A stretch of DNA of 64,000 bases from an uncultured Methanosarcinales archaeon (GCA_964602245.1 CAZRPY010000001.1:88246-152245); one strand, 5' to 3'. Counted from the first letter of the stretch, positions 9,781-20,642 are shown. The notes: generated by a model from the sequence alone, not told the origin. Numbers and translations are program-made.

Positions 9781-10920
9781 ATGGTTAAGAATAGTTTGAC
9801 TAAAAAAACTAAAGTATCAGTTATTATTCCTTTTCTGAATGAAGAAAAGTCAATAGGCAGATGTATTAGAAAAGTACAGGCTGTATTCAAGAGAAATAAT
9901 ATAAAAGGGGAAATAGTTACCATTGACTCAGATTCAACTGATAATTCTGCAAAGATTGCTAAATCATTAGGAGCTATTGTTGTAAATCAGCCATTAAGAG
10001 GTTATGGAAATGCTCTTAGGAAAGGGTTTGAAGTTGCTACAGGAGATATTATTGTTATGGGGGATGCGGATGATACATATAATTTTGATGAAATGCCAAA
10101 ACTATTAAGTCCTATAATTAATGAAGGTTATGATATTGTCAATGGCAACAGATTTGAAGGAAAATTAATGCCTGGGGCTATGAGCATATCTCATATTATA
10201 GGCAACAAGATGCTAACAATGTTTGTAACATTATTCTTTGGAAAGTTTAGCTCAGACCCTTATTCTGGGTACAAAGCAATAACAAAAGAGGCCTTAAATA
10301 AGATGGATTTAAAATCTAATAACTGGGAACTGAACTCAGAAATGATTTTGAAAGGCAAGAAAGCAAGACTAAAGACAAGAGAGGTTCCAATACATTATTA
10401 TCCAAGAGAGGGGGAATCAAAATTAAGTAGTATTGATGCTGCTTGGAAAAATATTAAGTTCATGTTACTCAACAGCCCTAATCATGTTTTCATTGTACCA
10501 GGAGCCATTATTATGTTTATTGGTTTTATTGCATTCTTACTTTTATATTTTAAAGGGATAACTATAGGTGCAATTAAGCTAAGTTATCTGTCATTGCTTC
10601 TTTCTGGAATTGTTATAATAATTGGTTTCCAAATACTATCTTTAGGATTTGTAGGAAAGATTTTTTTTGAAAGGAAAGAAAGTAATAATTATGTCAAAAG
10701 AATACTAACACTAGAGCAAGGACTTTTGCTAGGTTTTGCATTGCTTCTATCTAGTATAATTTTTGGTTTAGCTATATTATATAACTGGTATGTTGCAGGA
10801 TTTGCCGTTCTTGGTTTTAATAATATTGGGCTTGGAATAATATCGTTTGTGCTGACATCAATGGGTGTTCAAATAATTTTTACATCATTCCTCATGACTA
10901 TGATAAGGATTGATAAATAA
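9781..10920 (+). CDS. GT2, DPM-like with C-terminal TM helices
   Basis: PFLNE, DSDSTD, GDADDTY, GNRF, R.GESKL. Confidence 0.9.
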   Translation: MVKNSLTKKTKVSVIIPFLNEEKSIGRCIRKVQAVFKRNNIKGEIVTIDSDSTDNSAKIAKSLGAIVVNQPLRGYGNALRKGFEVATGDIIVMGDADDTYNFDEMPKLLSPIINEGYDIVNGNRFEGKLMPGAMSISHIIGNKMLTMFVTLFFGKFSSDPYSGYKAITKEALNKMDLKSNNWELNSEMILKGKKARLKTREVPIHYYPREGESKLSSIDAAWKNIKFMLLNSPNHVFIVPGAIIMFIGFIAFLLLYFKGITIGAIKLSYLSLLLSGIVIIIGFQILSLGFVGKIFFERKESNNYVKRILTLEQGLLLGFALLLSSIIFGLAILYNWYVAGFAVLGFNNIGLGIISFVLTSMGVQIIFTSFLMTMIRIDK

Positions 10921-10959
10921 TCAATAAATTATATATATTACATCTGTAAATCCGTTCAT

Positions 10960-12525
10960 ATGAAGTTATATACAGAGAAATTTGATAAACTAGTAGTTGC
11001 TGTAATTGCTTTTTCTTTTATTCTTAGAATATATTTATCTCTAATTTCTGTACCACTGAATGGAGTTGAAACTATACACCCAAATATTATTAGGTATATG
11101 GCTGAGACCAAAACAATACCTCTCCTTGCACCTTTACCTCCAACAGCTGACTTGTTTCATTATACTCCCTTATTTCATATTATTGCCTCATTGTTGTATT
11201 TGATTTTTATCCATGTGAGTTACACTGCTGCTGAATTTTCTATCAAGATGTTATCTCCTATTTTTGCTTTATTTTCAATGATTTTGATATACCTCATTTC
11301 TATAAAATTATTTGGTAGCAAAAAAATAGGGTTTTATGCAGTATTGTTTTTTGCGTTTCTGCCATTAAGCATAAGCATGAGTAGCTATATGACCCTTGAT
11401 AATGAATTTGCTTTTTTAATCTTACTGAGCTTTTACTTTTTCATTACTAATCACTTTTTATTATCTGCGCTGTCATTAGGTCTTTCCTACAATGTGAAAG
11501 CAATTGCACTCTTTTACTTTCCATTTTTTGCATACTGCGTGTATGTTAAGTATAAATCTAGCAATTATGTTAGAAAAATGCTATTATATTTTGTGTTGAC
11601 ATTGCTTCTGGTTGCGCCTTGGATGATTAGAAATGCTATTATGCTGGATAATCCTGTTTACCCTTTGCTTAATAACTTTTTTAATGGGTGCAAGTACGAG
11701 ATACTTGATGATACATTTAACAAAGGCGGAAATACCTATAATTTCTTTTCTAAGAATTTTCTAGCAAAATTCTTTTTTGGGATATTCGGATTCCCAGAGG
11801 AGAATAAAGACATTAAATTTACTTACTATGGAATTTCACAAGATAGTGTAAGGAGTCTTATTAAGTTAGACTCTCAGTTTGCAGTAATATTGCTGAACTT
11901 ATGGGCTCTTGCAATTGTTATTTTTTCTATCCCAATAATCTTAGGGCTTTATTATTTATTTAAGAATAAAGAAAAATTCTCCATTTATGTTATTGTAATC
12001 ATTGTGTCAGGTATGATAATACATATGCTGTATATTTATCTGGCAGGCGATACAGCTACTAGATATTTTAGCCCAGTAATACCTTTCCTTGCCATTCTGT
12101 GGGCATATGGGTTAGTTATGACTATACAAAAATCTTTTTTCCGAGCATCATTTGTAAAAATAAGTGGAAAGATGTTTATTGTTGCTATGCTGCTTGGATT
12201 TATGGCAACTGAAGCATATAAAACCCAGCTCCTAGCATTTGGTGTTCATAAATATGACTCTTTATTTCTCTGGATAAATACCTATATTCCAGATGACGCA
12301 TATATTTATGAAGTCAGTGGAATAATTACTTATTACACTAATAATTATTATACTGATTCAGTTGAAAAACTGAAAGAAACTAAAGGATATATAATCATAC
12401 AAGATCCTAAGCAAATATATGGACCACCGTTATATATTCCATCAAAGATTCCAGATGAAATTGAATACTATAAAGAATTGTACTATGATACAAAATCAGG
12501 AGTTAAAATATATAAAGTCAGCTGA
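10960..12525 (+). CDS. GT-C (PMT/ArnT-like) membrane glycosyltransferase
   Basis: HYTPLFH loop, multi-TM, PWMIRN..NPVYP, RYF.P. Confidence 0.75.
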   Translation: MKLYTEKFDKLVVAVIAFSFILRIYLSLISVPLNGVETIHPNIIRYMAETKTIPLLAPLPPTADLFHYTPLFHIIASLLYLIFIHVSYTAAEFSIKMLSPIFALFSMILIYLISIKLFGSKKIGFYAVLFFAFLPLSISMSSYMTLDNEFAFLILLSFYFFITNHFLLSALSLGLSYNVKAIALFYFPFFAYCVYVKYKSSNYVRKMLLYFVLTLLLVAPWMIRNAIMLDNPVYPLLNNFFNGCKYEILDDTFNKGGNTYNFFSKNFLAKFFFGIFGFPEENKDIKFTYYGISQDSVRSLIKLDSQFAVILLNLWALAIVIFSIPIILGLYYLFKNKEKFSIYVIVIIVSGMIIHMLYIYLAGDTATRYFSPVIPFLAILWAYGLVMTIQKSFFRASFVKISGKMFIVAMLLGFMATEAYKTQLLAFGVHKYDSLFLWINTYIPDDAYIYEVSGIITYYTNNYYTDSVEKLKETKGYIIIQDPKQIYGPPLYIPSKIPDEIEYYKELYYDTKSGVKIYKVS

Positions 12526-12531
12526 TGAACA

Positions 12532-13440
12532 TTATTTTTTAATAGCATACACAAGCATATGGGTCTCTGTTCTTGTTAGCTTAGTTAAAGCTAGAATAGT
12601 GTATCCTGATAATTTTAACAATGGATTTCGAGCCCATTTCTGCTTTTCGAATAGCAGGAAAAATTGCTTGTTAATATCTAAGCTAACCGGTTGGATTTCT
12701 TTAATTACGAAGCCCTCCTTTCTTAATATGTCCGATAAAGTTTTCTTGGTAAAATAAAAGGTATGCCTTGGATAGTAAATTTTCTTTATGGCAAAATAAC
12801 TACTTGTTAATTTATAGTAGATATGAGCTAGCTTATGGAATAAGCTGTTTGCATTTGGAGTGAAAATAACTAAAACTCCACCTTTTTTTAGGATTCTATT
12901 GCTCTCTTTTAAAAGTTTTCTTGGGTTGCCTACATGCTCTATAACTCCTAGTTGAGTAATAGAAGTAAAATAAGCTTTTTTGAAATGCGATTTTTCTAAA
13001 CTTGCATTTTTAACTTTAAGACCTAAATTCTTAGCATGTTGTGCTGCATTCTTAGCAATTTCTACACCTTTAACTTCCCAATCTCTATCCTGAGCGAATT
13101 TTAGAAAGTAACCTGTGCCACAGCCAACATCAAGTAATCTGCCATAGCCACCATACTTCTTAATTTTATTAAGAACTTCATCAAAATTACGAATGGTTCT
13201 GCTTTCGCCTTCTTCATGAAGATGCGTTTCTTTAAAGAAAATCTCGTCTAACTTATTCTTCTCTTCTTTTGGTTGATGAACTTTGGCATAAATAAGACTG
13301 CAGTTCCTGCATTGATAGACTCTCATCAATCTCTTTTTTTTGTCATAAAAAGAATCAATTTCATCAAAAAACTCGTAAAGAAGCTTTTGGTTACTAAAAT
13401 GACAGTTAGTACATTTCAAAGCAGTATTTTCCATAGACAA
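12532..13440 (-). CDS. Class I SAM methyltransferase with N-terminal Zn-binding Cys
   Basis: CTNC...CRNC, LDVGCGTG, VIEH. Confidence 0.9.
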   Translation of the reverse strand: MSMENTALKCTNCHFSNQKLLYEFFDEIDSFYDKKKRLMRVYQCRNCSLIYAKVHQPKEEKNKLDEIFFKETHLHEEGESRTIRNFDEVLNKIKKYGGYGRLLDVGCGTGYFLKFAQDRDWEVKGVEIAKNAAQHAKNLGLKVKNASLEKSHFKKAYFTSITQLGVIEHVGNPRKLLKESNRILKKGGVLVIFTPNANSLFHKLAHIYYKLTSSYFAIKKIYYPRHTFYFTKKTLSDILRKEGFVIKEIQPVSLDINKQFFLLFEKQKWARNPLLKLSGYTILALTKLTRTETHMLVYAIKK

Positions 13441-13618
13441 TGAAGGATTTATATAGCTTTTTAAGCCTTACTATAAGGCTCAAAGATATAATTTTTAAAA
13501 TTTAATACAATAGGGTTTTAGACTGTAATATTATATATGAGGCTTAAATTTCATAATATTTAAATAGAGTATGGTATAAGCTATTAACTATGGTTAACTC
13601 TTGCTTGAAGGTGGTGCA

Positions 13619-15007
13619 ATGAAGAGAGTAATATTAGTTAATCCCAATACAACTGAAGTATACGAATCTTCTAAAGTCAAGTACTCTGTACCACAGTATG
13701 CTCCTTTAAATCTACTTATAATAGCTGGAGCATTGAAACAGGAAGGGCATAAGGTTAAGCTAGTGGATCTTGACCTAATTGAAAAGAATATATTTGAGAC
13801 TTTAGAAAAAGAAGTCAGTGAGTTTCAGCCTGAGATTGTGGGTATTACCTTTACCTCTGCGTTATATAGCCAATGCATGAAAACAATTGAGATAATAAGA
13901 AAAAATGTTCCTAATGCACTAATAGTTGCGGGAGGTGCACATGCCTCTTCTGAGCCTAGGTCAGTATTGAAAAGGGATATAGATATTGCAATAATGGGGG
14001 AAGGGGATTATGCTATTAACGATATAATTAAATTTGACTTAAAAGACATCAGAGGAATTGCATATAAAAATGAGAAAAAAGATATTATAATAAATCTTCC
14101 GAGACCATTTGAAAAAGATTTGGATAAGACTCCTATGCCTGATTATGACTTGGTTGATATTTATACCTATAAAGTACCTTATACCCTCAGAAGAAGATTG
14201 CCGGTTGCACCTTTAGAAACTTCTCGAGGATGTCTGTTTGGATGCGTATACTGCACAAAATCAGTTCAAGGAAAAACATTTAGAGTGAAAAGTTCTCAGA
14301 GAGTATTTGAAGAGATTAAGGCATTAAAAGAAAGAGGATATAGAGAATTCCATATAGTTGATGACATGTTTACTACATTCCCTTCTAGGACTAAAGATAT
14401 CTGTAAATTAATGATTGAAAATAAAATAGATATGAAATGGATGTGCTCTAATGGAATTAGAGTGAATTCTGTTGATGAGGAATTACTAAGAATAATGAAA
14501 AAAGCTGGCTGCTACTCTGTATCATTTGGAGTGGAATCTGGAAATGATAAAATATTAAAAAGGATTGATAAAGCTGCTACAACTGATGATGCAAGAAAAG
14601 CAGTCAAGTTATGCAAAAAAGTTGGCATACAGACTATATGCTTCTTTATGTTTGGTTTGCCAGATGAAACTGAAGAGAATTTAAGGGAGACATTAGACTT
14701 TGCCAAAGAGCTTAATCCTGATATTGCTAAATTTGATATAATGATACCATTGCCTTCTACCATTATCTATGAGGAATGGAAAGGAAAGTACATTGAAAGC
14801 TATAACTGGGATGATTATGCTTTTCATAAGAGAAAGCCAGTGTACAATCATCCTAACTTAAGCTGGGAAACTCTTAATAAATACTATCATCAGGCTTATA
14901 GAGAGTTCTATCTTAGACCTTCTTATATATTTAGAAGACTCGTTAAAAGCACACTACAGGGAACTATCTTTAAAGATATAGGGATGCTTATGAGGGTGAG
15001 GTTCTAG
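13619..15007 (+). CDS. B12-binding radical SAM enzyme
   Basis: GGAHAS, SRGCLFGCVYC, GVESG; RBS GGTGGTG. Confidence 0.92.
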   Translation: MKRVILVNPNTTEVYESSKVKYSVPQYAPLNLLIIAGALKQEGHKVKLVDLDLIEKNIFETLEKEVSEFQPEIVGITFTSALYSQCMKTIEIIRKNVPNALIVAGGAHASSEPRSVLKRDIDIAIMGEGDYAINDIIKFDLKDIRGIAYKNEKKDIIINLPRPFEKDLDKTPMPDYDLVDIYTYKVPYTLRRRLPVAPLETSRGCLFGCVYCTKSVQGKTFRVKSSQRVFEEIKALKERGYREFHIVDDMFTTFPSRTKDICKLMIENKIDMKWMCSNGIRVNSVDEELLRIMKKAGCYSVSFGVESGNDKILKRIDKAATTDDARKAVKLCKKVGIQTICFFMFGLPDETEENLRETLDFAKELNPDIAKFDIMIPLPSTIIYEEWKGKYIESYNWDDYAFHKRKPVYNHPNLSWETLNKYYHQAYREFYLRPSYIFRRLVKSTLQGTIFKDIGMLMRVRF

Positions 15008-15024
15008 TTACCTCTAAAAAATAA

Positions 15025-16431
15025 TTAGAGATACTTCAAGCGGTCTTTTTCCTTCCATAAGCCTAGATCTTCATGTGAGCTAGTAAATAGAGAGACATTA
15101 TTGTTCCATAATTTTTCAAGAATATTAATAGTCTTCTTTGCAACATCCTTACCATATATCTTTTTTGCCTTACTCATTTTATGCCTTAAATTTGGCTCAT
15201 TGTAAACTTTTGATATATTATCTGAAACAAAATTGCTACTAAAAGGTGGAATTAATAGATTACTCTTTGCTTCGAAGACTGTTTCTGGCCTGTCTGTATT
15301 AAATCTGGCTGTCAGGCAAGGCTTGCCAAGCTCGTTCATTTCTTCCTGCATACTACCTGAATCTGTATAAATAGCCCAACAATTACTGCTTTCAAGAAAT
15401 TCTATTACTTGTGAATACTCTCTCCATAATTGAGTAAAAAGGAAGTTTTCGTTTGTATTGCTTAAATCTATCAATTTATTTCTTATTTTATAACGCTCTA
15501 ATGCTAACTTAGAAGCGGTTAATTCAACAAAAACAACTTTTATTTTTTTCCTAACCAGATCCAATAAACCATTAATTATTGCTTTAAACCTGCGATCTGT
15601 TAGATTATCCCTTCTATGGATATCAACTCTTAGCCATTCACCTTTCTCAAGCTTAGAATACTCAGCAAAAATACTATTCGCAGATTTCTCCCTTTTTTTA
15701 AGATTTACAGCGTCAACTACAGTGTTTCCTGTTACAAATATTCTTTCTTCTTTATAGCCTTCTTTTACTAAATTTTTTTTATTTAATGCGACTGGGGCAA
15801 AATGGTACTGGCAGCCTGCTGATGCGACAAAAGTATCCCATTGCTCAGGAAATGGCTCGCTTCTGTCAATAAACCATGCCCCATTAAATTGTTGCTCAAC
15901 AAGTTGCTCAAATTTGAGCTTTTCTTTTAATTTCTTAAAAGACTCGGGAGACATTCCACGCAAGCCAGCTTCGCCTTGCAAAGATTTATTATTGGTTGCA
16001 AAGAGCCATGCAGATGGTATAATTGCAGATGAAATAGTATCGCCATTGACATATATCCAGCTCTCTACTTCTGGATATTTCTTCTTTAATTCTGCTGCAA
16101 GCCATCTTGTTTTAACAAACATTTCTGATGATTTCTGGCTTAAATCGCCTCTAATCTGGAAGTCTATTGCAAGATGCTCTTCAAATTTGAATTCTTTAAT
16201 GCCATAACCTAAAAGATTATCAAAATGCTGGCCTGTGTTTAGCACTATAAATGGGATATTTCTTTTATTGCATTCGTACATTAGACTCCATTCCTTATAA
16301 AAGCAAGGTTTAGTGGCTATCACTAGAACAAGAACCTTTTTACTTGCCTTTACTGCATTACTATATGCTTTATTCAGAATCTGTTCATTAATTTTTATTG
16401 GCAGCCAATTAACATTAATTTTTGCTTCCAT
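15025..16431 (-). CDS. wecB: UDP-N-acetylglucosamine 2-epimerase-like
   Basis: TGQHFD, GDT, EAGLR, GNTVVDA, HRRDN, TDSGSMQEE. Confidence 0.8.
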   Translation of the reverse strand: MEAKINVNWLPIKINEQILNKAYSNAVKASKKVLVLVIATKPCFYKEWSLMYECNKRNIPFIVLNTGQHFDNLLGYGIKEFKFEEHLAIDFQIRGDLSQKSSEMFVKTRWLAAELKKKYPEVESWIYVNGDTISSAIIPSAWLFATNNKSLQGEAGLRGMSPESFKKLKEKLKFEQLVEQQFNGAWFIDRSEPFPEQWDTFVASAGCQYHFAPVALNKKNLVKEGYKEERIFVTGNTVVDAVNLKKREKSANSIFAEYSKLEKGEWLRVDIHRRDNLTDRRFKAIINGLLDLVRKKIKVVFVELTASKLALERYKIRNKLIDLSNTNENFLFTQLWREYSQVIEFLESSNCWAIYTDSGSMQEEMNELGKPCLTARFNTDRPETVFEAKSNLLIPPFSSNFVSDNISKVYNEPNLRHKMSKAKKIYGKDVAKKTINILEKLWNNNVSLFTSSHEDLGLWKEKDRLKYL

Positions 16432-16458
16432 TATAGTCCCTTTGTTCTAATTATTTCT

Positions 16459-16666
16459 AAAACCATTTATCTTAGATAAATGGAATTTTGTTCTGTCAAA
16501 AACCACCCATCAGAAATGGGTGGCATGATTGTATCACTATTACATTCAGGTGGTTTTTGATGCTCAAAATTCTACGTGTTATGGGTAGTTTTTGAACACA
16601 CAAAATTCCATCTGCATTTATTGCTAACATCCAAAACCACTTATCCTAGGTAAGTGGAATTTTGTT
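16459..16666. repeat. Cluster of palindromic REP/MITE-like units bounded by 34-bp direct repeats
   Basis: AAAACCATTTATCTTAGATAAATGGAATTTTGTT (16459-92) and AAAACCACTTATCCTAGGTAAGTGGAATTTTGTT (16633-66); nested inverted repeats inside. Confidence 0.8.
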
Positions 16667-16668
16667 GT

Positions 16669-17730
16669 TTAAAACTCTTTTAATACTTCGTCAACTGTCT
16701 TAATAACTGTATCTGGTTTTAAAGTTTCCATACACCATATATTTTCAGTACACTCGCTCTTAAAAAAGCATTTGCATTCCTGTTTTGGCTGTATTAGTTT
16801 ACCTAGGCCATACAGCTCAAACTCATGCTTATTAAATATATTATTGTACACTACTATTTTCTTCTCAAGTGCTATAGCAATATGCATTGCCATAGTAACA
16901 GCTGTAATTACTAACGTGCACTGATCCACAATATTTACAAAATCATGAAATGGATGACAGCCAAAGTAATAGGCATGAGTTTTTTTTGACATTTCTTTAT
17001 TTCTAATATCTTCTAATTCACCGCCTAGAAATACTACATCATAGCCTTTTGCCATTAATTTATTAGCTAGTTCTATCCAATACTTGTCAGGCCACATCCT
17101 AGTCTTCCATCTTGGATTACAGCCTGTATTAAGACCAATTACTATTTTTTTGAATTTTGGAAATTTTAATTTAGTAGGTTGCTTCTGTAGCATGTAACGC
17201 TGCATCTCATATTTGAAACCGCAAAGCTCAAATATTTCTTCATAATAACTTTTTGTATTCTCTCTATTATAATCGTCGTCAACACCAGAGAAGAATTTAT
17301 GTTCCGCATTCTTGTTTATTGGCTCACATCTTCCATTTAATAATTTATAGCCATGTTTTTCATCTGCCTTTACCATGTTGATTATTGCGCATGCTTCTCT
17401 GTCTTTATCTAAATTATATATTATATCAAACTTATCTGCCTGCAAATAGGCTAGATTTCCTGCGTTAAGTTCAAGAGGTACTTCTACTATTCCTTTTATT
17501 ATTTCTGGAAAGTATGTTACCCATGTAATTTCACAATTAGGATAAACTTCCTTCAGTTTTCTAATTAAAGGGGTTGTTCTAATTACATCGCCCATTGCAC
17601 CTAATTTAACAATAAGAATTCTCCTACCTCTTTTAATGTAGTGCTCACACTGACATTTTGAGCCTTCTTTCTTGTGCCAGATACATGGCCTATCGCCTAA
17701 AAAATATAAACAGTCCTTGCTTAGATACAT
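16669..17730 (-). CDS. Glycosyltransferase family 9 with N-terminal Cys-rich segment
   Basis: KLGAMGDVIRTTP, GLNTGC..W..RMW, TMAMHIA. Confidence 0.88.
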   Translation of the reverse strand: MYLSKDCLYFLGDRPCIWHKKEGSKCQCEHYIKRGRRILIVKLGAMGDVIRTTPLIRKLKEVYPNCEITWVTYFPEIIKGIVEVPLELNAGNLAYLQADKFDIIYNLDKDREACAIINMVKADEKHGYKLLNGRCEPINKNAEHKFFSGVDDDYNRENTKSYYEEIFELCGFKYEMQRYMLQKQPTKLKFPKFKKIVIGLNTGCNPRWKTRMWPDKYWIELANKLMAKGYDVVFLGGELEDIRNKEMSKKTHAYYFGCHPFHDFVNIVDQCTLVITAVTMAMHIAIALEKKIVVYNNIFNKHEFELYGLGKLIQPKQECKCFFKSECTENIWCMETLKPDTVIKTVDEVLKEF

Positions 17731-17747
17731 GGTGCCTCTGCTAATTG

Positions 17748-18683
17748 TTAGTAGCCTGCTAATAGGTCTTGAACAGATTTTCTAACTGCCTCATTTGAAC
17801 TTAATTTTGCTTTCCATCCTAATTTGTTTATCTTTGAAACATCGAGTGACATTAAAGGAACATCTCCTTTCCATCCTCTTTTTCCTCCAGTGTACTTAAA
17901 CTTAACACCCTTTAACCCCATTTCTTCTACTACAATATTTGCAATTGCATCAACCTGAGTGCTGGAATTACATCCAAGATTAAAAACATTAATAGCCTCT
18001 TTTGCGTTTTCTAAGCCAAATAGCATTCCATCAACACATTCTCTAACCTCTAAATAAGATTTTTTCTGCTTTCCATCACCAAGTATTTCAAGCTCATTTG
18101 GATTATTTCTTAGTTTTTTAATAAAATCGACTAAAACCCCATGGGTGCCTCTCTTCCCTATAATATTGGCAAACCTAAAAATCCAGATTTGAAAATCAAA
18201 GTTATGGGAAAAGGCTGTCATCAAACCTTCACAGGCTAATTTGCTTGCGCCGTATAGTGATATAGGTTGTAATGGCCCATAGTCTTCTTGAGTTGGCATT
18301 ATTCTTGGTTCTCCATATATAGCAGATGTAGATGAATAGACTATTTTCTTGATGTCATTTAGCCTCATTGCTTCCAATACATTATAAGTTACTAAAGTAC
18401 CTTGCTTAAGGTCTATATCTGTTACATTATTATTGCTAATATCTGAATTAGCTGATAGATGAAAGACTATATCATGACCTTTTATTGAGTTTAAAAGTTT
18501 ATTAAAATCGAGTAAATCTGCTTTAATAAATATAAAATTTTTGTTAGAGAAATGATACTTTACCCTATCTTCAGTGCCAAGGCTAAGATTATCGTAAACT
18601 GTTACCTTATACCCTTTTTCAAGAAGTGCATCTACTAAATTACTTCCAATAAAGCCTGCACCGCCTGTAACAAACGCTTTCAT
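17748..18683 (-). CDS. NAD-dependent sugar epimerase/dehydratase (GalE-like)
   Basis: [14 protein letters not shown]. Confidence 0.9.
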   Translation of the reverse strand: MKAFVTGGAGFIGSNLVDALLEKGYKVTVYDNLSLGTEDRVKYHFSNKNFIFIKADLLDFNKLLNSIKGHDIVFHLSANSDISNNNVTDIDLKQGTLVTYNVLEAMRLNDIKKIVYSSTSAIYGEPRIMPTQEDYGPLQPISLYGASKLACEGLMTAFSHNFDFQIWIFRFANIIGKRGTHGVLVDFIKKLRNNPNELEILGDGKQKKSYLEVRECVDGMLFGLENAKEAINVFNLGCNSSTQVDAIANIVVEEMGLKGVKFKYTGGKRGWKGDVPLMSLDVSKINKLGWKAKLSSNEAVRKSVQDLLAGY

Positions 18684-18838
18684 ATTTCAATTGTGTGGTT
18701 TTATTATAACTTTTATATTATAAATAATATAGGGTTATGACCTACTGGTATTATTATGTCATCAGAGGGGTTTTATACAGCTTATTTAAAATTTGCGTAT
18801 CTTAGGAATAGCTGGAAAAGTTATTAATCAATAATGTT

Positions 18839-18972
18839 TAGAAAACGACATTAATATATAGCAACTAATCATCGCTGACTTTCTCAATATGAGAAAGTAT
18901 GGACAACATATGTAGTTTTCTAACTAGTGAAAGACATTTATATTGCCCTAAATCTTGTGTCTTTCACTAGTT
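18839..18972. repeat. Two tandem long hairpin elements
   Basis: 12/13 IR 18839-51/18910-22 enclosing a 9-bp perfect IR (18878-98); 15-bp perfect IR 18922-36/18958-72. Confidence 0.75.
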
Positions 18973-19013
18973 TAACGTTACCTTTATAATGGGACAATTA
19001 TTTTACAAAGAAT

Positions 19014-20642
19014 ATGATATATGTTGTAGGATCTGGACCAGCTGGCGTGGCCTGCGCTTATGCCCTTATAAGGAAAGGGCTGAAAGTTACTATGCTAGAT
19101 GCTGGAATAGAATTAGAGCAAGTGAAGAGTAAAATTCTGGAGAAATTGCAAAGGTCAAAGAAGTGGGATCCTAAATTGCTAGAAAAGATAAAAGGTAATA
19201 CAAAAGTGACTGTTAAGGGTGTGTCAAGGAAATTAATATATGGTTCTGATTATCCGTATAAAGAAGCTGATACTAACATAAAGTTAACTGCTGAGGGAAT
19301 TACAGCTAATCCTTCTTTTGCATATGGTGGATTGAGTAATGTGTGGGGGGCAGCAGTAATGCCCTATAGAGCTGAAGATATAAAAGACTGGCCTATAACT
19401 TTAGAGCAAATAGCTCCATACTACACAGCTGTGTTGGAATTCATGCACATTGCAGTTGCAAACATAGGAAATCCTAAGGATTTCCTAGCTGTAAAGGAAT
19501 CTAAGATTCCTTTAAGAGATTATCTGCAAGAATTGTTTCCTATTTACGCTAGGTATTGCCAAGATTTTAATTATAGCAGACAGGCTTTTTTGATGATAAA
19601 AGATTTAGAAGTTAATAAAAAGAAATTGAATGATGCTGGAATATTCTTTGGGAGCTCACGATTGGTTGTGCAATTTGAGGCTGGAGAAAAGAAACCTGGA
19701 TGTGTGTATTGTGGACTATGCCTGCATGGTTGCCCTTATAAGTTAATTTATAGCAGCGCTTTTACTGTTGACAAACTTAGAAAAAATAAGAATTTTAGAT
19801 ATCAGAAGGATGTGATTGTAGAAAAGATAAATGAAAAAGAAGATAATGTTATTATTTTGGCGCATGAAAGAAATAATAAAAAAAGGATAATATTTAAAGG
19901 CTCGAGAGTTTTTTTAGCGTGTGGTGCATTAACAACAACTAGAATAATGCTGGAATCTATGAGAGCTTATAATGAAGAGGTGATCTTAAAAGATTCTCAA
20001 TATTATCTGTTTCATCTGCTAAGATATAAAAGTGCTGGTAATGTTACAAAAGAGCCTTTGCATACTTTAGCTCAGATGTATATTGAAATATTTGATAATG
20101 AAATTGATAATAATTCTGTTCATTTGCAGCTATATACTTACAGCGATTTATATGATAGTGCATTAAAGAGTATTTTTAGAGTTGGTTATAGTCTTCTAAA
20201 AAGACCTTTAGTACAAATTATGAGCAGGCTCATAATAGGACAGGGCTATCTTCATTCAAATAGCTCGTCAACAATTTCTGTCAAATTAGAAAAGGGCTAT
20301 AAGAAACTTTATTTAAGAAACAATGAAAATAAGAGTTCTAATAGAAAAATTAAGGATATTATGTGGAAGTTATTTAAGAATAGGAGGTATATTAAGGCTA
20401 TGCCTTTGATACCCTTACTTAAGATAGGCAAGCCAGGAGAGAGCAATCATCTTGGAGGGAGCTTTCCAATGAGAAAGAATCCTAAAAGATTTCAGACAGA
20501 TGTTTTAGGCAGACCTTTTGGATACAAGAAGGTTCATCTTGTGGACTCAAGCGTATTTCCAAGCATACCTGCACAGACTATAACTCTAACTGTCATGGCA
20601 AATGCTTATAGAATTGCAGACCAGTATGATAAACTAAAATGA
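19014..20642 (+). CDS. FAD-dependent GMC-type oxidoreductase with Cys cluster
   Basis: GSGPAG, GGLSNVWG, CVYCGLCLHGCP, HLGG..., VDSSVFP, TVMANA. Confidence 0.85.
   Translation: MIYVVGSGPAGVACAYALIRKGLKVTMLDAGIELEQVKSKILEKLQRSKKWDPKLLEKIKGNTKVTVKGVSRKLIYGSDYPYKEADTNIKLTAEGITANPSFAYGGLSNVWGAAVMPYRAEDIKDWPITLEQIAPYYTAVLEFMHIAVANIGNPKDFLAVKESKIPLRDYLQELFPIYARYCQDFNYSRQAFLMIKDLEVNKKKLNDAGIFFGSSRLVVQFEAGEKKPGCVYCGLCLHGCPYKLIYSSAFTVDKLRKNKNFRYQKDVIVEKINEKEDNVIILAHERNNKKRIIFKGSRVFLACGALTTTRIMLESMRAYNEEVILKDSQYYLFHLLRYKSAGNVTKEPLHTLAQMYIEIFDNEIDNNSVHLQLYTYSDLYDSALKSIFRVGYSLLKRPLVQIMSRLIIGQGYLHSNSSSTISVKLEKGYKKLYLRNNENKSSNRKIKDIMWKLFKNRRYIKAMPLIPLLKIGKPGESNHLGGSFPMRKNPKRFQTDVLGRPFGYKKVHLVDSSVFPSIPAQTITLTVMANAYRIADQYDKLK

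Noticed and set aside
16459..16666. CRISPR array
   Set aside because: Only two 34-bp repeats, a 140-bp self-structured spacer, and no cas genes
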